From assembly GCF_009914755.1 (NCBI RefSeq), contig NC_060946.1: DNA of 64,000 nt; one strand, 5' to 3'. Source of the DNA: the human T2T-CHM13v2.0 reference genome, Homo sapiens. Under the pieces are notes generated by a model. That model was not told the DNA's origin. It made no database searches and was given only the letters and a program-made list of their open reading frames with translations. Every line of letters begins with the position of its first letter. Position 1 is the first letter of the stretch. A program made the position numbers and the translations under genes. This document shows positions 1-17,888 of this stretch, piece by piece.

Positions 1-85
1 TGCACCTCCGCCTCCCAGATTCCGGTGATTCTCCTGCCTCAGCCTCCCGAGTAGCTAGGATTACAGGCATGCCACTACGCCCAGT

Positions 86-128
<43 letters not shown>

Positions 129-558
129 TTATTATTATTTCTTGAGACAGAGTCTTGCTCTGTTGCCCAGGCTGGAGTGCAATGGTGCAATCTCGGCTCA
201 CTGCAACCTTTGCTTCCCAATTCAAGCGATTCAACTGTCTCTGCCTCCTGAGTAGCTGGGATTACAGGCACGTGCCACTGTGCCCGGCTAATTTTTGTAT
301 TTTTAGTAGAGACGGGGTTTCACCACAGTGCCCAGGCTGGTCTTGAACTCCTGACCTCAGGTGATCCACCTGCCTCAGCCTCCCAAAGTGCTGGGATTAC
401 AGGTGTGAGACACCGTGCCTGGCCCAATTTTTGTATTTTTAATAGAGACGGGGTTTCACCATGTTGGCCAGGCTGGTCTCGAGCTCTCAACCTTGTGATC
501 CACCTGCCTCGGCCTCCTAAAGTGCTGGGATTATAGGCGTGAGCCACCGCGCCCGGCC
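1..558 (-). mobile_element. Nested Alus: a full Alu (85-424, with (TTTA)n tail) inserted in the A-rich linker of another Alu (1-84 plus 425-558)
   Basis: Reverse-complement Alu motifs. The right arm (1-84) and left arm (425-558) of the outer Alu are separated by a complete Alu. Confidence 0.9.
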
Positions 559-1724
<1,166 letters not shown>

Positions 1725-1749
1725 TACATGAGACTTCTCTGCATTATTT

Positions 1750-2360
1750 CTTTTTTTTCTTTGTAGAGATGGCGTCTCTCTGTCATCCAGGCTGGAATGC
1801 AGTGGCACCATCACAGCTCACTGCATCTTTCAACTCCTGAGCTTCAAGGGATCCTCCTGCCTCAGCCTCCCAAGTAACTGGAGTCACAGGCATGGGCCAC
1901 CACACCGCGCCCAGCCTGTCTTTTCATTCTTAACAGTGTCTCTGGCACAGCAGACATGTTTCACTTTAATGAGGTCCATCTTGTCCATTTTTTCTTTCGT
2001 AGATGGTGTTTTTGTGTTGCATCTAGAAACTCATTGCCAAACCCAAGGTCACCTAGATTTTCTCCTATGTTATTAAACTTACAGAAGTTTGCTAGTTTTG
2101 TGTTACATTTAGGTCTATGGTCTGTTTTGTGTTAATTGTTGGGAAAGGTGTAAGGTCAGTGTTTATATTCATTATTCCACATGTGGATGTCTAGTTGTTT
2201 CCAGCACTATTTATTGTAAAGACAATCTTTTCTCCATTAAATTGCGTTTGCTCCTCTGCCAAAGATGAGTGGCCTCTATTTGTATGGGTCTATTTCTGGG
2301 GTGCTTATTTTGTTCCATTGATCTATTTACCTATTCTTTTGCCAGTACTTCACTGTCTTA
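1750..2360 (-). mobile_element. Alu monomer fragment (~1750-1915) plus old L1M fragment
   Basis: Alu motifs followed by antisense L1 ORF2-like sequence. Confidence 0.7.
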
Positions 2361-3081
2361 ATACATACAGAAGACAACATAAACAAAGTAGGAAGTCAAC
2401 TATAAATGAGAACAAAGTACTTGCATTTTTCCCCCAAAGTATTTTAACCAAACATTTTGCAAAAAATCAAAATGCAAAAATATAAGAATGTCAACAAATT
2501 TGCTCAACTATAACAGAAAAAGAAAGCTTACAAGAGAATGTAGAGCTCAGAGTTTCTATTTACTGTTCATTAGATAAATGGTTTAAATGGACTGAAAACC
2601 CTGAAAAACTGCTCAAATTATAAAGAATCTATGAAATACTATGGAAGCATTTTCTAACCTGTTTCTGAAACCTCTGAAAAAAACTCATCATGTATCAATA
2701 CAAGCTAACTTGCTTTACAGAAATAAAAGGAAAACTATACATTTCATTACATGTATACATGTGTCTTTCACATACTTGTAACTCAGAAAACCATGCTTTC
2801 ACAAATATAATAATAGAAATACCATAATATTAGCAATCATAACATTCGTGAAACTATAAAGAAAAAACTGGCCAGATGCTGTCTCTTACACCCTAGAACC
2901 CAGGTTCTGGTCAGGGCTTCTCTTGGTTGTATGAATTCACCTCATGGAACTGTCGTAAGACTCAAAAGAGATAGTGTAAACAAAAGCATCCTATAAACTG
3001 TATTAGCCTGTAGATATGTGGTTCATGTAAATCCAGGCACTTTAATGACTGACAGCTGCCCCGGCAGAACCGCTTGTCTCG

Positions 3082-3085
<4 letters not shown>

Positions 3086-3118
<33 letters not shown>

Positions 3119-5217
3119 GGGAATCTAAAGAATTCTTTTATTCTGTTAAACAGAATAAAAAGGAAAAAAGAATACAGACATCACAGTGATGAACTTTCAC
3201 AAAGCTAACAGATTTGAACTACAGAGCAATGGAATATTCATAAGCAAGATGTCATGGTATTAATGACCAAATGGCATCCAACTAGGTTTTCTAAGCTCAA
3301 AAACATTTAAAATCTCAGACTTAAAATTCAAATCTAGACATGACAATTGTAAGCACACCACTCAGTCATTTAAAACTATGCAGTGAGTGCTACTCCTGAT
3401 TAAATATTTTTTTCTTGTTATTTTTTTCTCCCAAGATTTAGAATGTCACATCTCATGTTCTTACTAGTAATCACACACAGGATTAAAAGCCCAACCAAAC
3501 AAGAAAGTATTCTTTTTATAATGTGTTCTTAAAAGAAGAAAGAAAAATTAAATGTGAACATTTTGTACAACAGTTGCTGAAGAACAGCAACACCAATTCT
3601 GAAATATCATGTGGACTATACAAAAAGGCACGGCTCATGGAACCAAGTATGTAATGCTACAGCATTTGAACATCAGTCTCCAAAAGTTGGTGATATTACA
3701 TCCTGTACACAGCTCTGTGTCTCTCTACCCGGCTAGCGCATGCCCAGGATCTGTCTGCTTTTTAGTTGATAATTTTTCTCAAAATCTGACAGGGCTTGAG
3801 CCCGCAGCTGGGCAGCATGAAGCATGAAGCAAGGACCTTCAGGTCCTTGCACTTGGACTTAGATGTGAGCTGACTCTCAGAATTCTCACTCCTCATGACA
3901 TTCTCTTTACTTTCCCCACTGAAATGAACTTTCTTCTTAATTACTGAGGATGGAAGATTAAGAAGTTCTGGACTACTTGCCAGAGACAGGAACTTCTGTT
4001 CCTTTAGCAAGCTGTAATTCTTCAACAGATTTTCTGGTATAGCCAGTCTGTCCTCTGCTAGTCTCTCACAAACACAAAGCTCCTGTTCTTTCTGCTCCAA
4101 CCTTTCTTCTCCTGCTTTGAGAGCTCGCTCTTGCTCCTCTAACTGAATTTCCTTTAGTTTCAGCTCACTCAATACAAGGCTGGAATCCGGCAATTTTTCT
4201 GGCTCTCCTAATTGTCGCCCTCTTCTCTCAAGATTTCTTCTTTGCTCTTCTGCAACCAAATCTGCTATTAAAGGGTTCTCGAGAATTTCTTCAACAGAAG
4301 GTCGATGGTAATCCTTTAACATCCTCATAATAATTTCATTCAATTCATCAGAGTAATGGTATAGAATTCGCCTGAATTTGCCTTCTCTGATTTTCCCAGC
4401 GAGTTCTTTCTGGCTAAAAGCTGTAAATGGAGGCATTAATGCACGCGACTCATACGGCAAGCAGCCCAATGACCAGATATCTGGTTTCTCATTGTAGGAC
4501 ATGTGATTCGTTTGTTCAGGAGACATGTAATAAGGTATGCCAACAAATGTTTTTGCAAAACTCGTGTCGTGGTTTAATATTCTGGCTAGCCCCAAATCTC
4601 CAAGCTTGACGTTTTGCTTGCCATCCAGGAAAACACTGGCTGGTTTCAGATCCCGACGCACTACAGTATGATCACCACCACTTCGTCTGTGGCATTACTT
4701 CAGGGCCAGAGTCAACTGAGTCGTCACTCGAAGAACAAACTCTTCATCTAAGTATTGCCTTTCCTTGGTTCCCTTTGTAATTACACTAGCCAGGTCTCCT
4801 TCTTCACAATATTCCATTACAATGTACAGTGTTGTGTTGGTCCGGTCAATAATACGATCATAGTAATGAACGATGTTTGGATTTTTCAGTTTACAAAGCA
4901 AATTCACTTCAGAAATAAGCATCTGTTTCTCAGCTTCTGTCATGAAGCCATAATCAAGTTCTTTCCAAGCTAGTATCTTGCCGTCACTCTTCCTCTGGAT
5001 CTTCTGGCAGCGGCCAGAGGAGCCTGTGCCAATGGTGTCCAACACTTCATAGTTCTCAGCCCGGGACGGCATGGCCAGCCAGTCGCCAGAGTCACGCTGC
5101 CTCACGCAAGTTGTGCCCCCAAGTGCAGAGCTCCAGGGACCGGGAGCTCCAGGGACCTGGATGGAGAAGCCCCCGAGCAGCACTGACCTGCCACCCCTGC
5201 CTTCGGCCCCATTTCTC
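3086..5217 (-). pseudogene. NEK2P: Processed pseudogene of NEK2 (NEK2A isoform); CDS remnant 5072-3733
   Basis: Intronless MPSRAENYEVL...QILGMR*. T30 tract at 3086-3115, AATAAA at 3137-3142, TSD TCTCG(G/A)TTCTT at 3077-3087 and 5218-5228. In-frame TAA at 4695-4697, HRD>RRD, DFG>DLG, frameshift at ~3814-3850. Confidence 0.97.
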
Positions 5218-5974
5218 TCTCGATTCTTAAACAACTTATATTTCCAAGTCCAGTTCAAAAGTTGTATTCTTGGAAGCCTCCGCATCCCACCTGTCCATCC
5301 AGGCAGAACTAATCCATCTACACTCTAGTATTATGCTCTCATAACTCTTGGCTCTTCACCAATTCATTCAAGGGTATAATGAGCATTTAAAATATGTCAG
5401 GCATCAGGCTATGCACTGGAGAAAAAAATCCTAAATGTGTAAAACTTCCAAAGTTTTCTCACATACATTATCTCATTTCATACTTTAAAAAAATATCCCA
5501 TAGGATGATAATTTTTTGTTAACAATTTCTCCTACCAGAATGAATTCCCAGGGGGTAGAAACTAAGTGTGATTCGTCCTTGACTCCCTAGAGTCTAGTGC
5601 AGTGCCTAGCACACCGAAGACACTCATTAAATGCTTGATAAAGGAGTAACAGACACTTGTTTAATTACTAAAATATCAATCAGGGTTAACACTGAAATAA
5701 TCTTTCCACAAAGTTTCCACAGGGGAAAGGGGAAAATACATTATATGAACACATCTGTGGAGCGAAAATTCCTCCCTACGACAGAGCATCTCCAACTCAA
5801 GTTTAACTGTTTAACAAAGCCATGTAGCAACTGAAGATGGATTTGATTTCACTATTAAGAGTAATAAGCTCTAACTGAAGAACAGTGAGTTCTGCATAAA
5901 AGCTCCTGTGCAGATCATTCTGCTTGGTAAAACTGGACGTTATTGCACAAACATTAAAATAAACATTTAAACTT

Positions 5975-6296
<322 letters not shown>

Positions 6297-6690
6297 CTAT
6301 ATAAATGGGTTTATCATCCTTTTCTCCTTTAGTATTTACTTTTCTTAATCTCACATCATGTTCTGCTTTACATAAAAAAGCCTCACAGTTTACAAAGCCC
6401 TTTCCCTTATATGGTCTTAGCAATCCTGTAGATACCATCAAAAGCATCTTGGAGAGGTAGTGCAGTACTGGAGAAGCAACACAATGAGAAGACCTGGGCT
6501 TGAATCTTAGCTTTTACTAGCTGTATGACCTTAGGGATATGTAGCTAAAACTGCAGAAGAAATAAAAATGAATATGTGTCTAAAATTATAGAAGAAATAA
6601 AAAATGAAAACATTTTTAATGTTTTTAAAAAGCCTACAACTTTGGATCACACAAATGACCAAGCTGATGAACCTTAAAAATTCAAAATAT

Positions 6691-7117
<427 letters not shown>

Positions 7118-7378
7118 AATCCCACTTTCTGACTTTGGCCACTGCACTGAGGGGGATATTCTGGCAGTGTCGTTATCACTGGGGAAACGAAGGCCAGGGA
7201 GCATTGCCTTATGGGCTGTGACTGTTTCTTCAGCTGCTTTTACATAAGCTTTGACAGCCTGCCCCCTCAGCAGGAAGGACAGGGATGGCTGTCACCGGCA
7301 GGCCCAGGCCCAGCCCCTCAGCCAGGTAGGATGCCCGGAGGATGCCAGGCAGCACTGGCTCCCCAGCCTGGGGCTCAC

Positions 7379-7561
7379 CGCTCTCATCCAGGTCCTCCAG
7401 GCGCACTGTCTGGTGGGGCACGGGGCCATCCACAACTCGCTCCAGGATGCCTTGGACCAGGGCTGGCTGGTTGCCTGGGCAAACCCTGAGGTGCTCCCCA
7501 CCGCAGGTAGTTCAGGCCTTGGCTGTCCTCACAGGAGAGTTCCACCAGGATGGTGATGTGG
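7379..7561 (-). pseudogene. NOS2P: Isolated NOS2 (iNOS)-derived exon from the reductase region, with flanking intron sequence
   Basis: Translates (one frameshift) as [17 protein letters not shown]/..[36 protein letters not shown], matching recalled iNOS [59 protein letters not shown]. AG acceptor at 7562-7563; GTGAG donor at 7374-7378. Confidence 0.88.
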
Positions 7562-7585
7562 CTTGGGAAGGAAAAAGAAGCCTCA

Positions 7586-7776
7586 GGTGGGCTGGGCCCT
7601 GTGGCTCACGCCTATAATCCAAGCACTTTGGGAGGCTGAGGTGAGCGGATCACCTGAGGTCAGGAGTTCAAGACCAGTCTAAGCAACATGGTGAAAACCT
7701 GTCTCTGCTAAAAATTACAAAAAATTAGCTGGGTGTGGTGGTGGCTGTAATCCCAGCTACTCGGCAGGCTGAGGCA
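7586..7776 (+). mobile_element. 3'-truncated Alu
   Basis: Left arm and part of the right arm, ending abruptly. Confidence 0.85.
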
Positions 7777-8205
7777 CATACTGGACATAGGGACACCAGA
7801 AATCAACTGGCTGGCCAGCACCTAACATTAAAGGTCCTGCCAAGCAGAGATATTTTTTAGCTGAATCATATTTTCTTTCTGGAATTTTAGACATGCAAGT
7901 ACTGAGATAATGAAGGGACTACTATCTGGGGCAAAAGCTGAAAGGATACAGAAAGATGAAAATCATGAGGAGGAGCTGAACACAAAACCAAGAGACAGTC
8001 AAAGAGTGTAGCCAGTTCCAGAACCCACAGCCATCTAGTTCTCTCTATATCTGGGTAGGCTCTGCTCTAATTCATGCTTTTCCTAAGATCCTTAAGAAAA
8101 TACAAATGACTGCTTTGCAATAAAAGCCTAACTGGAACAACTTAAATTGATCGCCCAGGCTCTCACAGGTAAACTCAAGATTTGGTGACTAACAATGAGG
8201 AAGAT

Positions 8206-8908
8206 AAAAGAAATAAGAGGAGGGGGGAAGGGGGAGGGATAGCATTAGGAGATATACCTAATGCTAAATGACGAGTTAATGGGTGCAGCACACCAACATG
8301 GCACACGTATACATATGTAACAAATCTGCACGTTGTGCACATGTACCCTAAAACTTAAAGTATAATAATAATAATTAAAAAAGAGACTCCCACACCACTT
8401 GTGCATCCCAATCAGAAGCCTGATACCCATCCCCACATGGACAGCTGCACAGGCCCTTGGGCTCCACGTGCTTGTGAACACACATGTACTCTCAAGTAAG
8501 GACACGGGTTCTTGTGCATCAAGTGGTATGTGGACAGGCCCCTTTGCCCATCACTGGGTATTTCTGGCAGTTTCCTGTTGTTATTCTCTTTGATCTTGTA
8601 ATGGGTTTTGGGACCCCCACTTCTCCAGTCCCAGGGCTCAGAAGCCCACCAGGCTTTCCGATGCTCTCACTAAGTGTTGGCTTCTTGAGCAAGAAGGGCT
8701 AGGTCAGGGGGTGGGGTCTGGTTTTACTCATCTCTGAGTCTAGCCTCTAACCCACTGCTTAACGCAGAAAAGGTACCTGGTGAAAATCTATTAAAATCAA
8801 TGACTGATTTCGCCCAATTTGGAGTGAGACATTCCTGCACAGTCTCAATGTCTGGAGAGCTTTACAAACCCCAGGGGACACCAGGAAAAAAAAAAAGAAA
8901 TAAGAGGA
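8206..8908 (+). mobile_element. Severely 5'-truncated L1PA 3' end (8222-~8382) with ~500-bp 3' transduction and TSD
   Basis: L1PA 3' UTR, then non-L1 sequence ~8383-8885, then A11. 16-bp direct repeat AAAAGAAATAAGAGGA at 8206-8221 and 8893-8908. Confidence 0.85.
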
Positions 8909-9540
8909 AAGAATTTAAAATGATTAGGGTTTCTAGATGGGGAACTAGAAGAGATGATGATGCTACTGAGAAAGAGAAATATGGTGTGAAGAGGAGGTTG
9001 ATTGGAAGAGATACTGAATTAAGTTTTGGACATTTCAAGTCTGAAACGTCTGCGGACTATCTATGAGGAGATTGGAAAATCCGCAATTCAAAAAGCATCA
9101 CTTAATACATGGTAGTCTAAGCCGCAGAAACAGAGGAGTATCAAAAGACAAGTCAAACCCAAGTGCTCTTTGACAAAGCTGATGGCATATAGACAGACAA
9201 GACCTTCATAATGGAGTAAATGGATGCTCTGCCCTGATGTACTGTGTACTCATCTGTCCTGGAGCTAGGCTTCCCACCAGGCGAAAATGAAGGCCAGGAG
9301 GAGCTCCAGTAGGTCTAAGTAAGAAGCTAAAAGGACTGAAAATCTGAAACTGACAGTGCCATATCCCCCAGAAAGAGAAAGAAAGAAAAAAAGAAAATCT
9401 CAAATTTACTCCTTACACAACTTTATAGGTCACAAAACACTTTATAGGAGAGGTGGACAGTTTTCATAAGCACACACCCCAGCTTTAACATATGAAGCAA
9501 CAGATTTGGAAAAATAAACTTATCTAAGATTATGCAGCTA

Positions 9541-9842
<302 letters not shown>

Positions 9843-10095
9843 ATATGCAGCTAATAAGCAGCAGAGCTGAGAATCCTTAGCACTCTCAAGCCACAAGACT
9901 CAACAGGTTTCACGGAAACCGAACTGATTGAATCTCACTGAAGTATCCACAGCAGGTCCAATCTGCTTTCCTTTAGCTTTTTCTAGATCACCACAGAGAA
10001 GGAATACAAATATAACAGTTTCTGATCCTGAAAAAAAAACCAACCCAACTTTGTTTTCCAGAAATCTTTGCTATTTGTAAACTAGTCAGATTTTA

Positions 10096-10395
10096 GACTG
10101 GGCATGGTGGCTCATGCCTGTAATCCCAGCACTTTGGGAGGCCGAGGCAGGTGGATCACGAGGTCAGGAGATAGAGACCATCCTGGCAAACACAGTGGAA
10201 CCCTGTCTCTATTAAAAATACAAAAAGTCAGCCGGGTATGGTGGCATGCGCCTGTAGTCCCAGCTGCTAGGGAGGCTGAGGCAGGAGAATGGCATGAACC
10301 CGGGAGGCGGAGCTTGTAGTTAGCCAAGATCGAGCCACTGCACTCCAGCCTGGGTGATAGAGCGAGACTCTGTCGCAAAAAAAAAAAAAAAAAAT
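10096..10395 (+). mobile_element. Alu (Y/Sc-like)
   Basis: Full dimer with A tail. Confidence 0.92.
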
Positions 10396-10544
10396 TAAAG
10401 AGGAGGGGACACACATCTTCTACCTTCCTCACCAATGTTTGCTTTCTACTTACACAAAAAAGGGAAAGTAAAAACATCCTGGTTGTATTAAAGGTTGGGG
10501 TTAGAATGCAAATATGGTTCATCTCAAGTACAAAAGAAAATTAA

Positions 10545-13400
<2,856 letters not shown>

Positions 13401-14526
13401 GAAAATTAAAATTATCTTAGGCAATTTAGAAATAGCAACTGAGATAAGAGCTGGAGAGAGGCCTTTCATGGGAAGGTGAGAAGGGGTTACTTAGAATTGT
13501 TAAAGGGCGGGGCGGGGAGGTTCGACACAATTTTCTTACTTTCTTGATTCCCTAATGCTCCAGTCCTTTGGACTTCTTGGTCTTAAGGCTATATGAATGA
13601 CCTAATTAGACAAGTTTCCCATCTTCCACTGATTCTTCACCGCCTCTCCACTATTTCTCAACCTCAATTTGTTTCCTACACACTGCCACCTGTGGCCAGC
13701 AAATTGACTAACAATGTACGTCTACTAACTTAACGGTCATGGATGTTAAACACTGTTAAATCCAGGAAACTGGTAAAGATTAAGTCTATAGCTAATGATT
13801 GGCAGAACTAAGTCTAAACATGATCCTTGAGATTCCAAAATCAGTGGTCTCTATACGTATCATGTTGTCTCTAAGGCTCAATTACCATGAATGTATGTTA
13901 TGGTAAATGGGACCAAATAATGTCACAGAAGAGTTTTCAAAAGGAAGGTAAAATGAGGCAAGAAAAAAAGACAATGATAGGGAAGGCAATGCAAGCATCA
14001 TATCTATTATTAAGGAAGAGCTCACAACATTTCCAGAAAGGCTTTCTAGGAACCAGCCTCGACTGAGGGCAGCACGAACAAGCACCATTTTCCAGGCCAC
14101 CCCTTGCACCATCTTCATGATTTCCCACCACCCCTTTGAATTATTTGCTAAATCACCCTGATGCTGTCTTACACAGCATATTTTTAAAAGTTCTCAGAAA
14201 CAGGCTCTTACAGTTTTATTTCTTCTTTTAAAAAAAGTTCCCGCTTATCATGTTGTACTATTTAATCAGAATATACTTGAAAACAAAAGATGCTTTGTGG
14301 TTTTTTAACTCTTGGTAATTAATCCATTGTAGGCAGTATTTTAAAAAATGATGTAGGACAGGGAAACCAATATGAAATGGGTAGTCTGAAAAGCAGTTAC
14401 TAGATACTGACCACCATTTTAGGAAAGGCAGGCTATTTAACCCACTGTATGCTCCCAGGTAAACTTGTCTTCAATTCTTGTTAAGTCAAATATGAAAAAC
14501 CAAACTTGCCATCTCTATAATTGCTA

Positions 14527-14877
<351 letters not shown>

Positions 14878-15171
14878 TTAGGACTATTCTAAGAGAACTA
14901 TTGGACGAGGATATTAACCATAGGATTGTTTTTACTCATGACATTTTTGTCCCAGACAGAAGTTTATGATTTTTGAATGAATTCATTTTATCAATCTTTT
15001 CCTTTCTAGCTTATGGATTTTGAATGGATGAAAAAGGCCTTGCTTTGCCATGCTGTTTTGATTTATGGGAGTTTATCCTCATAAATGGTATGAAGATATT
15101 TTTCCAGATCATTACTCAGTTTTATCAACACCATTTATTGAAAGTCCAACCTAATCTCCTGGATTTCAAAT

Positions 15172-15445
15172 ACTCAACATGTACAGATTTTTCTTTGTTT
15201 TTATTCCTTAAACAATATGGTATAACAACTATTTATATAACATTTATATTGTATTAGATATTATAAGTAATCTAAAAATATTTAAAATATATGGGAGGAT
15301 GTGCATAGTTTATATGCAAATACTATGACATTTTGTATCAGGGACTTGAGTCTGTGGATTTTAGTGTTCATGGGAGTGAGATGTGGGCAGGAGTTTGGGG
15401 GGTGGTTCCTGGAACCAATCCCTGACAGATACTGAGAGACGACCG
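15172..15445 (-). mobile_element. MER2 (TcMar-Tigger) DNA transposon fragment
   Basis: Ends ...GGTTCCTGGAACCAATCCCTGACAGATACTGAGAGACGACCG followed by TA, matching the MER2 terminus. Confidence 0.8.
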
Positions 15446-15962
15446 TATTATAAAGCTAGGCTTTGTCAAAGAAACATATGTAAATGCTTATTATACAGTC
15501 CATAGTGTTTAATCACTTTCTGATATGTGTCAATAAGTATTTATCATTAAAGTAGACTTAATTACTTCCTTTTTTGGTCTATCTCTGGTGTTTGAATCAG
15601 GAAATCAATTGTTTCTTAGACTCAACACAATGAGTTTCTCAAATAATACCTTTATCTATCTCATCATAACATAAATGCAATCTGAGGCTTTATGTATCTT
15701 ATTTCCCAATAACTGTAGACTATTCTTCATAAACTGACAACAATAACTTCCCAAACATACCGCTCTCGCACATTTATTTTTCCTGAAAGTCTATCGGTCA
15801 AGAAAAAGTAGTAATAAAGATTAGTGTCTTTACATATTTTGAACACAAAAGTTTTACATCTAAAAAGTTTAAATACACATAAAATACAAGTATAAAGCTG
15901 TAATGAAGTAGTTATAATTCTCACAGTAAAACCCACTAATATTTGAAAGTCATTTTTTTTAC

Positions 15963-16046
15963 CTTGTAAGACATTTTACATCATCATCTGCTGCTTGGTT
16001 TGATGTTCCCATAACCCAGTCTGTCAGGTATTCTACCATCTTATTC
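15963..16046 (-). pseudogene. NF1P: NF1P exon equivalent to NF1 exon 24 (19a)
   Basis: NKMVEYLTDWVMGTSNQAADDDVKCLT; 84 nt; AG/GT. Confidence 0.95.
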
Positions 16047-16514
16047 CTATAGAATGGTGGAGAAAAGAGAAACAGCACACAATTTTTCTGAAGTCATACC
16101 CCCCCACACACACACCTTCAGTGATGTAAGATTACTTATGGTGCAAATAATTTGGCAGATAACCCAGGTGACATGACGACTTTATAAAAGAGATACTGCT
16201 ATCATAGATGTAAAAGCCAGAAGGAACAAGCAACGTGGATACTGATCCTCCATCATGGCCTTTAGTTATGCTATCAGATTGGAAACAGAATCAAATTCTT
16301 AGCTCAAGTACAGCAGAGTTTTAGAAAAAGGGAGGCTTGCCACAGGCACAAAGCTTAGGGAAATTTGAGGAGAGACACAGAGAAAAACAAACATGTAAAC
16401 TGCTCTCTTTTTATGTCTTTCTTCCTACCAATAACCAGATATCTACTCTATTTCTGTACTTCATTCAACAAATTAAGATTTACAAGACCCTACATTGCTC
16501 TTTTGAGAACTCAC

Positions 16515-16637
16515 CTAAATTTCATCTCTCGGCAAAATGAGAGGTCATCTCTCCTTGCCATCGTTACTTCAACCAACTGACACAGTTTCGTTTTTATTTG
16601 AATTGCATGGACCATATTCCCAAGCACACAAACGTAC
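16515..16637 (-). pseudogene. NF1P: NF1P exon equivalent to NF1 exon 23 (18)
   Basis: YVCVLGNMVHAIQIKTKLCQLVEV..; 123 nt; AG/GT. Confidence 0.95.
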
Positions 16638-16931
16638 CTATACAGACATAGAGACAATAAAAAAGTTATCAGATACAGACACAAGATAAGGCATTCAAAA
16701 TACTTTAACCATCAAATAAAATGAACTAAACGTAAGTTTGAAAACAGTAAGACATTTATTTATAGGAGAGCATACACAATTTCTGGTTACCTTGTTGTCA
16801 CAGCCTAGTTTGTGTGCAGTAAAGAATGGCAAATTATTTTATCAATTACTATCAATATCAATGTGTGACAGGTTTTTCTTGTCTCTTAAATCTTAAAGTA
16901 TGTTTCTGCTACATTTCAGTAGAAGGCTTAC

Positions 16932-17071
16932 CTGACCAGATTTAACATCATTGTTTCAATGCTAGCTTGCTCTAGATGTTCAGAGCTGCCTTCAGTATGA
17001 TTATCTAGCAAGTTCTTCAATATAGCTAGGGTTTCCTCTACAAATTGAGTATTGGTATCAGTCAATAAAAC
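16932..17071 (-). pseudogene. NF1P: NF1P exon equivalent to NF1 exon 22 (17)
   Basis: VLLTDTNTQFVE..ASIETMMLNLV; 140 nt; AG/GT. Confidence 0.95.
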
Positions 17072-17448
17072 CTATAGAGAGAACAAATATATTAATGATT
17101 TGCCATCAATGCCCAGAAGACAGATCCCTAGAGAGATGAAACTGACTGATCTAAACACACAAATAGAGACATGCACCCACAGGCACGCAGCCAAACAGGC
17201 ACACAGATATACACAGACACTCATACCCATATACAAGGCACGTATACCCTCAGGCACACATACACATCAGAGTTCCTAGAAGCAAGCTGACCATTCATTG
17301 AGATGATTCTTCTTTCTACAATTTTTTGACAATTTTTAAAAACTGTGAGTACCTAATTTAAATAATCTGAAAGAAAAAGGCTTCATTATTTCAAACAAGT
17401 CACTCTATTCATAGGGAAAGGTGAAAAATAAAAAAGAGCACACTTTAC

Positions 17449-17888
17449 CTGTCCTTAGGAGTCAAAAAACTTGCTGATGCGTCTCTTCAATTTGTTAAAT
17501 AGCATCAGATAAAGAGCAGGACTCAATTCTAGACCCACCAGGTCCTTACCATTGGTCCGTATTTGAAGTCCCACTTTCTCAAGCTTACACACCATTAACG
17601 ACAACAGCTGATCCATATATTTGCTGACAGGTGTATCTGCGTTTCCCTCTGAGGACATCACTGAAATCATGGAACCCTTATGTTCACTGACCGGACCCAT
17701 GGGTGGGCTATAGGTTGCCAGGCCAGAATTCCTTCTCTGCTGGAGGCACACTCCCCCAAGGGCACAAAGGAAGCTAGTCATGTTGATCCATGCCTGTAGG
17801 GAGTCTGTGTCAGACAAATCTATGGGTCCTCCTCCACTCACATGGGACATTCGCCTCTTAACAATGGTCTTGTGAAGCTTTCAACAGC
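17449..17888 (-). pseudogene. NF1P: NF1P exon equivalent to NF1 exon 21 (16)
   Basis: ORF 17455-17850 MSHVSGGGPIDLSDTDSLQ..KFFDS*. 1-nt deletion near the 5' end; TAA at 17455-17457. Confidence 0.96.

Noticed and set aside
3762-5285. NEK2-like ORFs as a functional kinase, including the N-terminal extension from 5285
   Set aside because: Premature stop, mutated HRD/DFG, frameshift and poly-A/TSD; the extension starts outside the TSD.
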